Source: a virus
Taxonomy: Duplodnaviria > Caudoviricetes
Length of the DNA: 32,518 nt
Reading direction: 5' to 3' (one strand)
IMG/VR virus record: IMGVR_UViG_3300042392_001542
Location: 1 to 32,518 of that record
Shown here: one piece after another, positions 7,475-17,095 of the stretch
Layout of the letters: the number at the start of each line of letters is the position of its first letter
How positions within the stretch are numbered: position 1 is the stretch's first letter
Program-made: the position numbers and the translations under genes
The notes under the pieces: generated by a model
Told to the model about the DNA's origin: nothing
Databases searched by the model: none
The model's input: only the letters and a program-made list of their open reading frames with translations

Positions 7475-8726
7475 TGAAAAACAATTACAAGCTATTAATT
7501 CAGTTGAGCCGCAAGTCGTAGTTATCGCTTCGCCAGGATCTGGTAAGACTCACACAATGATTGCGGCGATTAAGAAGCATTTAGAACAAGAAAATCCAAA
7601 GACAGTAGTAGCAATTACTTTTACTAAAAAAGCAACAGAAGATATACAAAGTAAGATATTTGTTTCTAACGAGCTCTTATCTGTTGCTACTATTCACAGC
7701 TGGAGCTTGTCTGAGTTAAATAAATTATCTTTTAAATATAAGTTTAGAGTTAAAATTTTAGCAGAAGATAAGATTAGAGTAATTCTTAAACCTTTTATTG
7801 AAGAATATAAAGTTCACGAAAAGCTTGAAGACTCCTGCTATATGTATATGATGGGAACAATCAATCCAGACCTTCACCAAAATGTGCGGGCAAAATTCGA
7901 TGCTATATATAAAAAATATACAGATTATAAAAGAGCAAGATATTTATACGACTTTACCGACTTGCCACTTTACTTAAAAGATTTACTGATGGAGTATGAC
8001 GAGCATATAACAGTCGGTGCCTTATTTGTAGATGAGTTTCAAGACGTAGACCCAACTCAATTAGAAGTTTTCGATAGAGTTGTTGCAGATAAAAAATTCT
8101 TTATTGGAGACCCTGATCAAGCCATTTATATTTTTAGAGGAGCTAATAAAGAAATATTCAGCAAGTTAGAAGATTTTAAGAGTTATAAGTTAGATATTAA
8201 TTATAGAAGCTATCAACCAATATTAGATTTTGCTTCAAGTTTTAAAAATCAAGTGCAGGATAAATGGTGGATTAATAAAACTACTTATTATTATGCCAAC
8301 GAGATGAAAGCTATTAGAGGAAGTGGGAAGGGTGAATGCCAAATCTTTATAGACCGCAGAGGTCGTTTCTTTGATGCGATAACGGGTGGACCAACAATTG
8401 ACCCAGCTGAAGTATTTAAAGACCAGCTAGAAAACAATCCTTATCAAATTCTTTGCCGCACAAATATTGAAGCAAAGACTTTACAAAAACTTGGTCTGAA
8501 AAATGCCACAACAATTCACCAAGCTAAAGGCATTGAATTTAAAAATGTTTTATTAGTAGATTTTGAACTTCAAAATGAAGAAGATAAAAACGTTGCTTAT
8601 GTAGGTTTAACAAGAGCTAAAGATAAATTAATAGTTTGTCACTATGAAACTTTATTAAACAACATAAAGCATTGCGATAAGAAAAAAATTGAATTTATAA
8701 ATAACGAATTTAGGCTAGCCTTTTAA
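7464..8726 (+). CDS. short UvrD/Rep-family SF1 helicase
   Basis: Q motif (NEKQ), Walker A SPGSGKT, ITFTKKA, DEFQD, GDPDQAIYIFRGA, NYRS, TIHQAKGIEF, YVGLTRAK. Confidence 0.9.
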   Translation: MLYNEKQLQAINSVEPQVVVIASPGSGKTHTMIAAIKKHLEQENPKTVVAITFTKKATEDIQSKIFVSNELLSVATIHSWSLSELNKLSFKYKFRVKILAEDKIRVILKPFIEEYKVHEKLEDSCYMYMMGTINPDLHQNVRAKFDAIYKKYTDYKRARYLYDFTDLPLYLKDLLMEYDEHITVGALFVDEFQDVDPTQLEVFDRVVADKKFFIGDPDQAIYIFRGANKEIFSKLEDFKSYKLDINYRSYQPILDFASSFKNQVQDKWWINKTTYYYANEMKAIRGSGKGECQIFIDRRGRFFDAITGGPTIDPAEVFKDQLENNPYQILCRTNIEAKTLQKLGLKNATTIHQAKGIEFKNVLLVDFELQNEEDKNVAYVGLTRAKDKLIVCHYETLLNNIKHCDKKKIEFINNEFRLAF

Positions 8727-8755
8727 TTGCAAAACAACATAGACTATGATATAAT
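8727..8755 (+). promoter_or_regulatory. sigma-A promoter with extended -10
   Basis: TTGCAA(8727-8732)-17 bp-TATAAT(8750-8755), TG at 8747-8748. Confidence 0.8.
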
Positions 8756-8775
8756 TATTTATATGGAGGAAAAAT

Positions 8776-9753
8776 ATGTTAGATTATAAAAAATTCTTTG
8801 ATATGGAGCCTGGGAAATACTGGAAGCTTCCAGAAAATAAAAAGGCTGAAATTGATAAGTATATGAAAGATCCAAACTATTTGCCTATGATTAAACATGA
8901 CGGAGTATGGGCTAGAGTAATTATTACCGAAACTGGTGTGGTTATTCAAAGTCGCGGTATTAGCGTCGTTACTAATACATACGGTGAGTACCAACTAAAA
9001 GTCCCACACATAACTAATGAAATTAAAAGTCTTTATCCTGTTGGAACAGTTTTACTTGGAGAAATTTGCTACCCATCTTTTAAAAAAGATGCAAACCACG
9101 TAGGTTCTGTTTTAAGATGTTTAGATGATAAGGCAGTCGCGCTACAAGAAAAAGATGAAGATAAATTACACATTTACTTTTTTGATTGCCTAGCCTATGA
9201 TGGACAAGAGGTTTATCAAAACCCCTTCTGGAATAGAATCGGCGGCGATTGGATTAAAAAAGCAACTTATACCCATAAGGCATTTATTGGTTCTGACGCA
9301 AAAGTTTTATTAGAAAGCGTTTGGGACGATGGCGGAGAAGGTATTATTTTGATTAACAAAAACGAACCTTATAATATTGGCCGTGCGAAAGCTTGGCATA
9401 GTATTAAAGTAAAGCGAGAACTTGGAGAAATTGAATCACCAGTTGTCGCTTTTGTAGAACCAAATAAAGATTACACAGGAGACGACCCTCATTGGACATA
9501 TAGAGACTCGAATGGAAATGTAGTTACACAGGCATACGCCAAAGGATGGAAAGCAGGAGTTACAGTAAATTATGAAGGCAGAGTAGTGAACATCACAAGT
9601 GGACTCACTGATGAAGATGCTGAGTATTTAAGTACACCTGAAGCTGCAGAAATAATGAAAGCGGGCAAGTTAATCGCGGTATTTACCGGCATGAGCTTAA
9701 CCCCAGACAGCATACGACATCCTCGATTAATTAGACTTCGTGATGAAGCCTAA
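8776..9753 (+). CDS. ATP-dependent DNA ligase (phage type)
   Basis: Motif I KHDG, III LLGEI, IIIa FFDCL, IV EGIIL, V IKVK, VI RHPRLIRLRD. Confidence 0.88.
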   Translation: MLDYKKFFDMEPGKYWKLPENKKAEIDKYMKDPNYLPMIKHDGVWARVIITETGVVIQSRGISVVTNTYGEYQLKVPHITNEIKSLYPVGTVLLGEICYPSFKKDANHVGSVLRCLDDKAVALQEKDEDKLHIYFFDCLAYDGQEVYQNPFWNRIGGDWIKKATYTHKAFIGSDAKVLLESVWDDGGEGIILINKNEPYNIGRAKAWHSIKVKRELGEIESPVVAFVEPNKDYTGDDPHWTYRDSNGNVVTQAYAKGWKAGVTVNYEGRVVNITSGLTDEDAEYLSTPEAAEIMKAGKLIAVFTGMSLTPDSIRHPRLIRLRDEA

Positions 9754-9765
9754 GGAGGAAGCGAA

Positions 9766-10020
9766 ATGAGAAAATTAGTAGCATTTAAAGCCGCATGGTG
9801 CGGCCCTTGCAAGATGTTGACACCAATCTTAAAAGAGTTACAAGCTCAAGGCTATAACATTGAAATGGTTGATGTTGATGAACATACACAGAGAGCAGAA
9901 GATAATGGTGTTTTAAGTATTCCAACTCTTGATTTTTATGATGGTGATAAAAAATATCGTCGTGTTTCAGGTTTACAAACAAAACAAAAGCTTGTAGAGT
10001 TCTTTGCGGAGAAAGTATAA
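9766..10020 (+). CDS. trxA: thioredoxin
   Basis: WCGPC active site, SIPT cis-Pro motif; adjacent to the RNR genes. Confidence 0.95.
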   Translation: MRKLVAFKAAWCGPCKMLTPILKELQAQGYNIEMVDVDEHTQRAEDNGVLSIPTLDFYDGDKKYRRVSGLQTKQKLVEFFAEKV

Positions 10021-10021
10021 A

Positions 10022-11260
10022 ATGTTAGTCACAAAACGCAACGGAAACGTTGTTCCTTTTGACGCGTATAAAATTGAAAACGCAATACAAAGGGGACTCA
10101 AGAAAATTGGAGTGGTAGATACTATCATTCCAAAAGCTATTGCTAATGAGGCAACTGTTCAAATTCTTGGCGGAAAAAATAAAGAAACTATTCATGTTGA
10201 TGAAATTCACAGAATAGTAGAAAATGTTATTATGAGTAAGGGACTTCATGACCTTGCAAGAGAATATATTACATATCGCTTTCAAAACAAGCAAAGCGTA
10301 TTTAAGAAGAGGGCAAATTTAAAACCATACGAATACCCTGAGCTAATCGAATATGTTAATGCAATTCGTCACTCATATTGGATTCATACTGAGTTTAATT
10401 ACTCAAGTGATATACAAGATTTAAAAGTAAACTTAACCCAAGGTGAAGCAAATATAATCAAGAACGCAATGCTAGCCATCGCGCAAATTGAATTACAAGT
10501 AAAAACCTTCTGGGCTAAGATTGGAGACCGTTTACCGAAACCCGAGATTCAAGCAGTCGGTGTAACTTTTGCTGAATCAGAGGTGCGGCACACAGACGCA
10601 TACTCAACACTTCTTGAATTAGCCGGACTTAATGATGAGTTTAAAACACTTATTCAAGTTCCAGCTATCAAAAAGCGTATAGAGTATTTAGACAAATCAA
10701 TTCAAACACCTATTGATGATAAAGATTATTTTAAGAACATTATTTTATTCTCTATGTTTGTTGAAAGTGTTTCTTTATTCTCTCAATTCTTAATTATGAT
10801 GTCTTTCAATAAACATAAAAATGTTTTGAAGGGTATTTCAAATGCTGTTGAAGCAACTTCTAAAGAAGAAGATATTCACGCAAAATTTGGATTTGATATT
10901 GTAAATATTATTAAGCAAGAAAATACAGGTTGGTTTAATGAAATTATGATAGATCAAGTTATCGAGCTGGTTAAACAAGCCTATGAAGCTGAGGCCGGTA
11001 TCGTTGACTGGATCTACGGGAATATTGATTTAGACTTTTTACCAAAAGCAGTAGTAAAAGAATTTGTAAAAGACAGATTTAATCAAGCTATGAGAGCAAT
11101 TGGTTTAGAAAATGTATTTGAAGTAAATACCGAAATGGTAAAACAAACTGCATGGTTTGCAGAAGAAATGTTAAGTACGAAAAATGTGGACTTCTTTGTA
11201 AAAAGAAGCACGGCTTATTCAAAGAAAACTAAGTCATTCACTGAAGACGACCTTTTCTAG
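10022..11260 (+). CDS. nrdB: class I ribonucleotide reductase beta subunit with N-terminal ATP-cone (NrdBi / class Id-like)
   Basis: ATP-cone VTKRNG..VPFD..KI; ferritin-like ligand motifs QIE, ESEVRH, FVE, EEDIH; C-terminal DFFVKRSTAYSK; ATG 10022. Confidence 0.92.
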   Translation: MLVTKRNGNVVPFDAYKIENAIQRGLKKIGVVDTIIPKAIANEATVQILGGKNKETIHVDEIHRIVENVIMSKGLHDLAREYITYRFQNKQSVFKKRANLKPYEYPELIEYVNAIRHSYWIHTEFNYSSDIQDLKVNLTQGEANIIKNAMLAIAQIELQVKTFWAKIGDRLPKPEIQAVGVTFAESEVRHTDAYSTLLELAGLNDEFKTLIQVPAIKKRIEYLDKSIQTPIDDKDYFKNIILFSMFVESVSLFSQFLIMMSFNKHKNVLKGISNAVEATSKEEDIHAKFGFDIVNIIKQENTGWFNEIMIDQVIELVKQAYEAEAGIVDWIYGNIDLDFLPKAVVKEFVKDRFNQAMRAIGLENVFEVNTEMVKQTAWFAEEMLSTKNVDFFVKRSTAYSKKTKSFTEDDLF

Positions 11261-11269
11261 GAGGCTTAT

Positions 11270-12922
11270 ATGGCATTTGAATGGTTAAACAAAGAGTCGC
11301 GCAAGTTTTTGTCACGCGGCTACTTACTGGAAGGACAAACTCCAGAAGAAAGAATTAGACAAATCGCAAACAAGGCTGAGGAATATTTAGGTATTCCAGG
11401 CTATGCGGATAAATTTTATGACTATATGGGTAGAGGATTTTTCTCGCTGTCTTCACCAGTGTGGTCTAACTATGGAATACAAAGAGGATTGCCTGTATCG
11501 TGCTTCGGTTCTTACATTGAAGACGATATGCAATCTATCTTATATGGACATGCAGAGAATGGTATGCTTATGAAAGGTGGCGGTGGAACATCCGGCTACT
11601 TTGGTGAGTTACGTGGACGCGGAGCTCCAATTAAAAATAGTGGAGAATCCAGTGGCGCAGTTCATTTTATGAAAATGTATGACACTTTAGCTTCAGTTGT
11701 TTCCCAAGGTAGCGTGCGTAGAGGTTTCTTCAGTGCCTATTTACCTATTGAACATCCAGACGCAGAAGAGTTCTTAGATATTGGCACCGAAGGAAACCCT
11801 ATTCAGGGACTTACTCACGGTATCACAGTAACAGACGCTTTTTTAGAAAAGGTAAAAGCTGGCGATAAGGATGCAAGAAAGCTCTGGGCAAAAGTATTAC
11901 AGCGCAGAAGTGAAATTGGTTATCCATATATCTTATTTACAGACAATATGAATAAAAATAAACCTGATATTTATAAAGATAAAGATATGAAAATCTTTGC
12001 TAGTAATATGTGTTCTGAAATTGCATTGCCATCTAATCCAAATGAAACTTTTACTTGCGTATTATCTTCGATTAACTTACTTCACTGGGAAGAGATTAAA
12101 GAAACAGATGCAATTGAAACGCTTACTTATTTCTTAGATACAGTCGTCACAGAATTTATTAATAAAACAGAAGGTAAAGAATACCATAAGAGAGCAAGAA
12201 ACTTTGCTATCAATCATCGGGCCTTAGGTCTTGGTGTTCTTGGTTGGCACTCGTATTTGCAATCAAATATGCTTTCGTTTGAAAGTCGTAGTGCGGCTAA
12301 AAAGAATTTAGAGATTGCAAAAACTTTAAAAGAAAGAACTTATAAAGCTTCGACTGAACTAGCTGTAAAGTATGGAGAACCAGAACTATTAAAAGGTTAT
12401 GGTCGCCGCAACACAACGTTGATGGCTATTGCTCCTACAAAAAGCTCATCTTCAATCTTAGGTCAAGTATCTCAATCTATTGAGCCAGAGTTCTCTAACT
12501 TCTATGTGAAGGACTTGGCTAAATCTAAAACTACAATTAAAAATCAATACCTTAAAAAGTTATTGAAAAAATATGATAAGGACACTGACGAAATCTGGGA
12601 GTCTATTCAAAAAGCAGACGGCTCAGTACAACACTTAAAATTCATGACTCAAGAAGAGCGCGAGGTCTTTAAAACGTTTGCGGAAATTAATCCACATGCA
12701 ATTATTGACCAAGCTGCCGTGCGTCAAGAATATATCGACCAAGCCCAATCATTAAACCTTATGATGCCAGCAAACGTGCCTGTAAAAGAAATCAACGCAC
12801 TTATGCTTTACGCTCATGATATGGGTATCAAGACTTTATACTATCAATTTGGTATGAGTCAGGCGCAAGAACTTTCTCGTAAAAAAGTTATGAGTGAAGG
12901 CTGCGCTAGTTGCGAAGGTTAA
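11270..12922 (+). CDS. nrdA: class I ribonucleotide reductase alpha subunit, short form without ATP-cone
   Basis: VSCF, GGGTS, SNMCSEI (Asn-Cys-Glu), IAPT, TLYY, C-terminal CASC. Confidence 0.95.
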   Translation: MAFEWLNKESRKFLSRGYLLEGQTPEERIRQIANKAEEYLGIPGYADKFYDYMGRGFFSLSSPVWSNYGIQRGLPVSCFGSYIEDDMQSILYGHAENGMLMKGGGGTSGYFGELRGRGAPIKNSGESSGAVHFMKMYDTLASVVSQGSVRRGFFSAYLPIEHPDAEEFLDIGTEGNPIQGLTHGITVTDAFLEKVKAGDKDARKLWAKVLQRRSEIGYPYILFTDNMNKNKPDIYKDKDMKIFASNMCSEIALPSNPNETFTCVLSSINLLHWEEIKETDAIETLTYFLDTVVTEFINKTEGKEYHKRARNFAINHRALGLGVLGWHSYLQSNMLSFESRSAAKKNLEIAKTLKERTYKASTELAVKYGEPELLKGYGRRNTTLMAIAPTKSSSSILGQVSQSIEPEFSNFYVKDLAKSKTTIKNQYLKKLLKKYDKDTDEIWESIQKADGSVQHLKFMTQEEREVFKTFAEINPHAIIDQAAVRQEYIDQAQSLNLMMPANVPVKEINALMLYAHDMGIKTLYYQFGMSQAQELSRKKVMSEGCASCEG

Positions 12923-12923
12923 T

Positions 12924-13020
12924 TAATATTAAACACAGGTTTCTTGGAAAAGGAGGAGCTGGTTTAAAAATACAAAAACGCCCACTATTTCATCTTGGCG
13001 TTTTATGGAGGAATTCTATG
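12924..13020 (+). repeat. cassette leader element copy 1 (two hairpins + RBS + ATG)
   Basis: First 46 nt match copy 2 at 45/46; second hairpin AAAACGCC/GGCGTTTT; ATGGAGGAATT before the start codon. Confidence 0.92.
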
Positions 13021-14307
13021 AAAAATAAAAATCTATTTGCCTTTCTAGTGACACTAACTATGGTTTCGTGTGCGTCACCGTCCTCTTCCTCATCTGAGGG
13101 AGGAATATCGATACCAAATGATGTCCTCATGATGGCCCAAAACGAACCAAGTAGGATGTTTCTTTCGGCTCTGATGATGCCGACATCCTCGTCCAGGACT
13201 GAGACGGTTGCATCTGTTGACTCAAGGACAGTTAGTACTTGGTCAAACACTCTCGGTGACTGGAGCGCAGAATACACAGACATCTTCGACTTCGAGGCCT
13301 CTGGACTACTGAGGTCTGAGGGGTTCGGCACTGACCAGGCTAAGATTTACGCAGAGGTTGACCTAGTCAACTTCGATTCAGAAGTAATATACGATTCCGG
13401 ACCTCAGTATCAATCGTATAGAACAGCATTTGAAAACGAGAGAATCGTCGCCTATTATGACGGCTCAGAGGTATTTCTCGACCTAACGGACGCAGAAGGC
13501 TTCGCATTCGTTTTTGCTCACAGCGGAATCGCTCCCTCGTGGAGCTACTACTATAACTCAATAGAAGGCATCGATAGACCGTCAAAGCTCAGGTTCAACG
13601 CCAGGGAAATAATCGAGAGCGGTCTTCTACCCTTATTCCCAGGTCGCAACGACCAGCAGGTCTGTATAAAGATGTGCTTAGACGACCCAAGCACTGAAGA
13701 GATTGAGTGCAACTCACCTTGCGAAGAAGAACCGGAGCAGGAGCCGAGAGGTCCTCTAACTCAGGAAGAAATCGAGGCATTCGCAGCTTCAATTCTGCCG
13801 ATGTTCGATTATAATTTACTCCAGAGCGAGATATCTGGCACAAAGCTGTCGATAACCTACGAGGCTACTCAGGATGACCTTGTCCAAATGTTTGAGACGG
13901 GATACCTCGGTGGCTACAGCAGGGAAGACTTCGACGAAGAGTACCTCCAACAACTTGACCAGTGGGTAGCTGATGCCGTGGCTGGTTTTCAAATCAATAG
14001 GATGTTTGCATCGGTTTCAGTCGACCTTCTCACTAGCGTAGTAGAGAGCCTAACAATAGACATAGACGTGTCAACGGGCTACTCTTACGACGGGGAAATG
14101 TCGTTCTACAACCCGGAAAGTATTAATGCCGACGAGTTTGGCTTCGAACAGTACCCATATTCTTGGTCCTACTCGACAAGTTACGACATAGAAATATCTT
14201 TGGAAACTTCGGAGCTGTCAAATGAAATACCTATCGCCCTACCTGTAAATAAGGAAGAGTACGAACTCATCGAGCTCGGCCACCAACCTGAAGAAGTTTA
14301 CTATTAA
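13018..14307 (+). CDS. acidic lipoprotein of unknown function, probably horizontally acquired
   Basis: GGAGG RBS and ATG 13018; signal peptide with lipobox MVSC then a Ser-rich linker; sampled lines 42-53% G+C. Confidence 0.82.
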   Translation: MKNKNLFAFLVTLTMVSCASPSSSSSEGGISIPNDVLMMAQNEPSRMFLSALMMPTSSSRTETVASVDSRTVSTWSNTLGDWSAEYTDIFDFEASGLLRSEGFGTDQAKIYAEVDLVNFDSEVIYDSGPQYQSYRTAFENERIVAYYDGSEVFLDLTDAEGFAFVFAHSGIAPSWSYYYNSIEGIDRPSKLRFNAREIIESGLLPLFPGRNDQQVCIKMCLDDPSTEEIECNSPCEEEPEQEPRGPLTQEEIEAFAASILPMFDYNLLQSEISGTKLSITYEATQDDLVQMFETGYLGGYSREDFDEEYLQQLDQWVADAVAGFQINRMFASVSVDLLTSVVESLTIDIDVSTGYSYDGEMSFYNPESINADEFGFEQYPYSWSYSTSYDIEISLETSELSNEIPIALPVNKEEYELIELGHQPEEVYY

Positions 14308-14309
14308 AA

Positions 14310-14404
14310 TAATATTAAACACAGCTTTCTTGGAAAAGGAGGAGCTGGTTTAAAATATAGAAATGTCCACAATTCATCATAGACATTTCATGGAGGAATT
14401 GATG
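14310..14404 (+). repeat. cassette leader element copy 2 (two hairpins + RBS + ATG)
   Basis: Direct repeat of 12924-13020; second hairpin GAAATGTC/GACATTTC. Confidence 0.92.
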
Positions 14405-15499
14405 AAAAAACGATTATTAGCCGTTGCCTTGCCGTTATTAGTATTAGCCTCATGTGTAGGTATGGATATGAGCTCCTCAACAGGAAGTGAATCTTCAGAA
14501 CCAGGACCAGTTGGACTTATTCCTGAAACGCTTGTCGTTCAGTTTGTACCATCTACGTCTATTGACTCAGCTTTATTGACTAAAATTAAAGGTTTAGAAG
14601 ATATGCTAGAACTCGAATTAGAAGATGAAGGATTTGATATTAATGTAAATATTAGTATCGGTACTTCTTATGCCTCAGTTATTGAAGCAATGGCCTCAGG
14701 TCAAGTTCACGCAGGTTTCTTAACAGCTCAACAATATGCATTTGCAACAACAGAGTTTCCTGGCAAATTTGATGTCCAGTTAACTTCTGTACGCAGTGCC
14801 TATGCAGCTCAAATTGATGCGCAAGGAAATGAAATTAAAGATGTGGATACAATTATTGATAATGTAAACGATGCGGCTTACACAGCAGCATTACATCCAA
14901 CTGTAAAAGCTAGCTCTTACTATTCTGGTTTATATATTAAAGCAGATAAGTTAGCAGAATTTGAAGCACAAGGTATGGATTGGCTTATTGGTAAAAAAGT
15001 TGCAACACAAAGCAACACCTCAGGTTCTGGTTATTTATACCCATCATTTATGATGCATGAAAATGACTTGACATTTGTTGATGCAAATCCAAATGTTGCA
15101 AACCGTGAAGTTGAACGTAAAATTGTTGGTGGTCACCAAAACGCATTGTTAGCTTTACTTAATGGTGAAGTTGATGCAACATTTACATTCTTAGATGCTC
15201 GTCTACATGCAAGTGCTTTCAACGCTTGGTTAGAAGCAAACCCAGGTAAAACTCAATTTGCTGAAACTAAATTAGTTGGTTTAACTACTCCAATCTATAA
15301 CGATACAATTACTGCAATCGCTGGATTAAATCCTGAATTAAAGGCCGCAATCCAAGACGCATTTATCAATATCGTTGCTACAACTGATGGCGCAGCCGCA
15401 TTAGCAATTTATAACCATACCGGTTATTTAAAAGCTGTAGATGCTGACTATCAAGGTGAAAGAGATTTCTATCTCTTCTTACAAACCTTACAAGGCTAA
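14402..15499 (+). CDS. phnD: phosphate/phosphite/phosphonate ABC transporter substrate-binding lipoprotein
   Basis: Lipobox LASC; FVPS, SYASVIEAMASGQV, SNTSGSGYLYP, GGHQNALLALLNGEVDA, IYNDTI motifs; operon context. Confidence 0.88.
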   Translation: MKKRLLAVALPLLVLASCVGMDMSSSTGSESSEPGPVGLIPETLVVQFVPSTSIDSALLTKIKGLEDMLELELEDEGFDINVNISIGTSYASVIEAMASGQVHAGFLTAQQYAFATTEFPGKFDVQLTSVRSAYAAQIDAQGNEIKDVDTIIDNVNDAAYTAALHPTVKASSYYSGLYIKADKLAEFEAQGMDWLIGKKVATQSNTSGSGYLYPSFMMHENDLTFVDANPNVANREVERKIVGGHQNALLALLNGEVDATFTFLDARLHASAFNAWLEANPGKTQFAETKLVGLTTPIYNDTITAIAGLNPELKAAIQDAFINIVATTDGAAALAIYNHTGYLKAVDADYQGERDFYLFLQTLQG

Positions 15500-15519
15500 A
15501 AACACAAGGAGGTCATCAC

Positions 15520-16284
15520 ATGATTAAATTTGTAAATGTTTCAAAGACATACACAGGCGGAGTTCAGGCATTGAAAAACGTCAATATTCAAATCAGTGAT
15601 GGCGAATTTGTAGCCATAATCGGCCTGTCTGGAGCGGGGAAATCCACGCTCCTCAGGTCGATTAATAAAATGCAAACAATCACTAGTGGTGATATATTTA
15701 TAGACGAGGTAAATATATCTTCATTATCTGGTAAAAAATTAAGAGAGTTTAGAAGAAACATTGGAATGATATTTCAATCTTTTAATCTCGTAAAAAGAAT
15801 GTCAGTATTTAATAATGTTCTTACTGGAAGAGTTGCCTACCATCCAACAGTAAAAGCGCTTTTCGGTTTATTTCCAAAAGAGGATAAACTAATTGCACTT
15901 CAAGCATTGGAAACAATGGGTATATTAGAAAAAGCATTTGTTAGAGCAGATAAGCTTTCAGGTGGTCAACAACAAAGAGTTGCACTTGCTAGAGCCTTAA
16001 CTCAGAAACCTAAGATAATTTTAGCCGATGAGCCAGTGGCATCTCTTGACCCTATTACTACAATTCAAGTCATGGACGACTTTGCCCGCATCAATAAAGA
16101 TTTAGGTATTACTATTGTTGCAAATATGCATCACGTAGATTTAGCTTTAAAATACGCGACAAGAATAATTGGAATTAAAGCAGGAGAAATAGTTTATGAC
16201 GGTCCTTCTAAAAATATTAATCAAGATATACTTCTGAACATCTATGGAAGAGCTTTAAAACATAATGAGCTCCTGGGACAATAG
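15520..16284 (+). CDS. phnC: phosphonate ABC transporter ATP-binding protein
   Basis: GLSGAGKSTLLR, IGMIFQSFNLV, LSGGQQQRV, ILADEPVASLDP. Confidence 0.93.
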   Translation: MIKFVNVSKTYTGGVQALKNVNIQISDGEFVAIIGLSGAGKSTLLRSINKMQTITSGDIFIDEVNISSLSGKKLREFRRNIGMIFQSFNLVKRMSVFNNVLTGRVAYHPTVKALFGLFPKEDKLIALQALETMGILEKAFVRADKLSGGQQQRVALARALTQKPKIILADEPVASLDPITTIQVMDDFARINKDLGITIVANMHHVDLALKYATRIIGIKAGEIVYDGPSKNINQDILLNIYGRALKHNELLGQ

Positions 16285-16285
16285 T

Positions 16286-17095
16286 ATGATAAAATATATT
16301 TTACCAAGTGGCAAAACAATTAATCAACCATTTAATAAAGTATGGTATGTGCTTGCAGGTCTTGCGGCCATCTTATTGTTCTTTTGGACATTTATAAACT
16401 TTGACCCTAGAAACATTAACCTATCCGAAATGACTATCATTATAGAAAAACTATTTACACCAAAAGATACAAGAACCTGGGAAGATTATTTTAACTATAT
16501 GTTTTCATTATGGCCTGCTCTCTTTAGTACTTTACAAATGAGCTTTGCTGGAACTTTGATTGGTTCAGTATTTGCTGTTCCGGTAGCAATATTATCCTCA
16601 AAAAATATAGTTAAAAAAACTTACATATATACACCAGCGAGAATGCTAATGAACCTAATAAGAACAATACCTCTTTTGGTATTAGCGCTTCTTGCAGTCT
16701 TCTTTGTTGGAATTGGAATACTCCCAGGAATTATATCAATATCGGTATTTAGTTTTGGTATTATGTCAAAGATGTTATATGATATAATAGAAACGGTTGA
16801 CATGAGTTCTTTTGAAGCGCTTGAGTCAACTGGCGCAAATAAAACGATAGCATTTAGATATTCTGTTGTTCCGCAAATACTACCAATATATATTAGTTAT
16901 ATGATATACATATTTGAAATAAATGTGCGGTCCTCAGCAATACTTGGTTATGTTGGCGCTGGTGGAATAGGTTCAATTATAAAAGATAATGTTCTATACA
17001 ACTACGATAGAGTTGGAGCCGCAATAATATATCTGTTTTTTGCGATACTAATCATTCAGCTAATATCAAATTATGCTAGAGGTAAATTACAATGA
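16286..17095 (+). CDS. phnE: phosphonate ABC transporter permease
   Basis: Multi-TM; RTIP, EALESTGA, FEINVRSSAILGYVGAGGIG; ATG 16286 directly after the phnC stop. Confidence 0.9.
   Translation: MIKYILPSGKTINQPFNKVWYVLAGLAAILLFFWTFINFDPRNINLSEMTIIIEKLFTPKDTRTWEDYFNYMFSLWPALFSTLQMSFAGTLIGSVFAVPVAILSSKNIVKKTYIYTPARMLMNLIRTIPLLVLALLAVFFVGIGILPGIISISVFSFGIMSKMLYDIIETVDMSSFEALESTGANKTIAFRYSVVPQILPIYISYMIYIFEINVRSSAILGYVGAGGIGSIIKDNVLYNYDRVGAAIIYLFFAILIIQLISNYARGKLQ

Noticed and set aside
12910-13017. N-terminal extension of the lipoprotein ORF (and 14363-14401 of phnD)
   Set aside because: It runs through the repeated non-coding leader; the RBS and signal peptide place the starts at 13018 and 14402
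12924-14355. Repeat interpreted as a CRISPR array or a canonical integron attC site
   Set aside because: Only two copies 1.39 kb apart; the AAC...GTT hairpin is about 39 nt, shorter than canonical attC, fits RYYYAAC/GTTRRRY imperfectly, and no integrase or cas gene is in the window
14310-14400. Pho box upstream of phnD
   Set aside because: No convincing 11-bp-spaced TT(A/T/C)ACA direct repeats and no adjacent promoter
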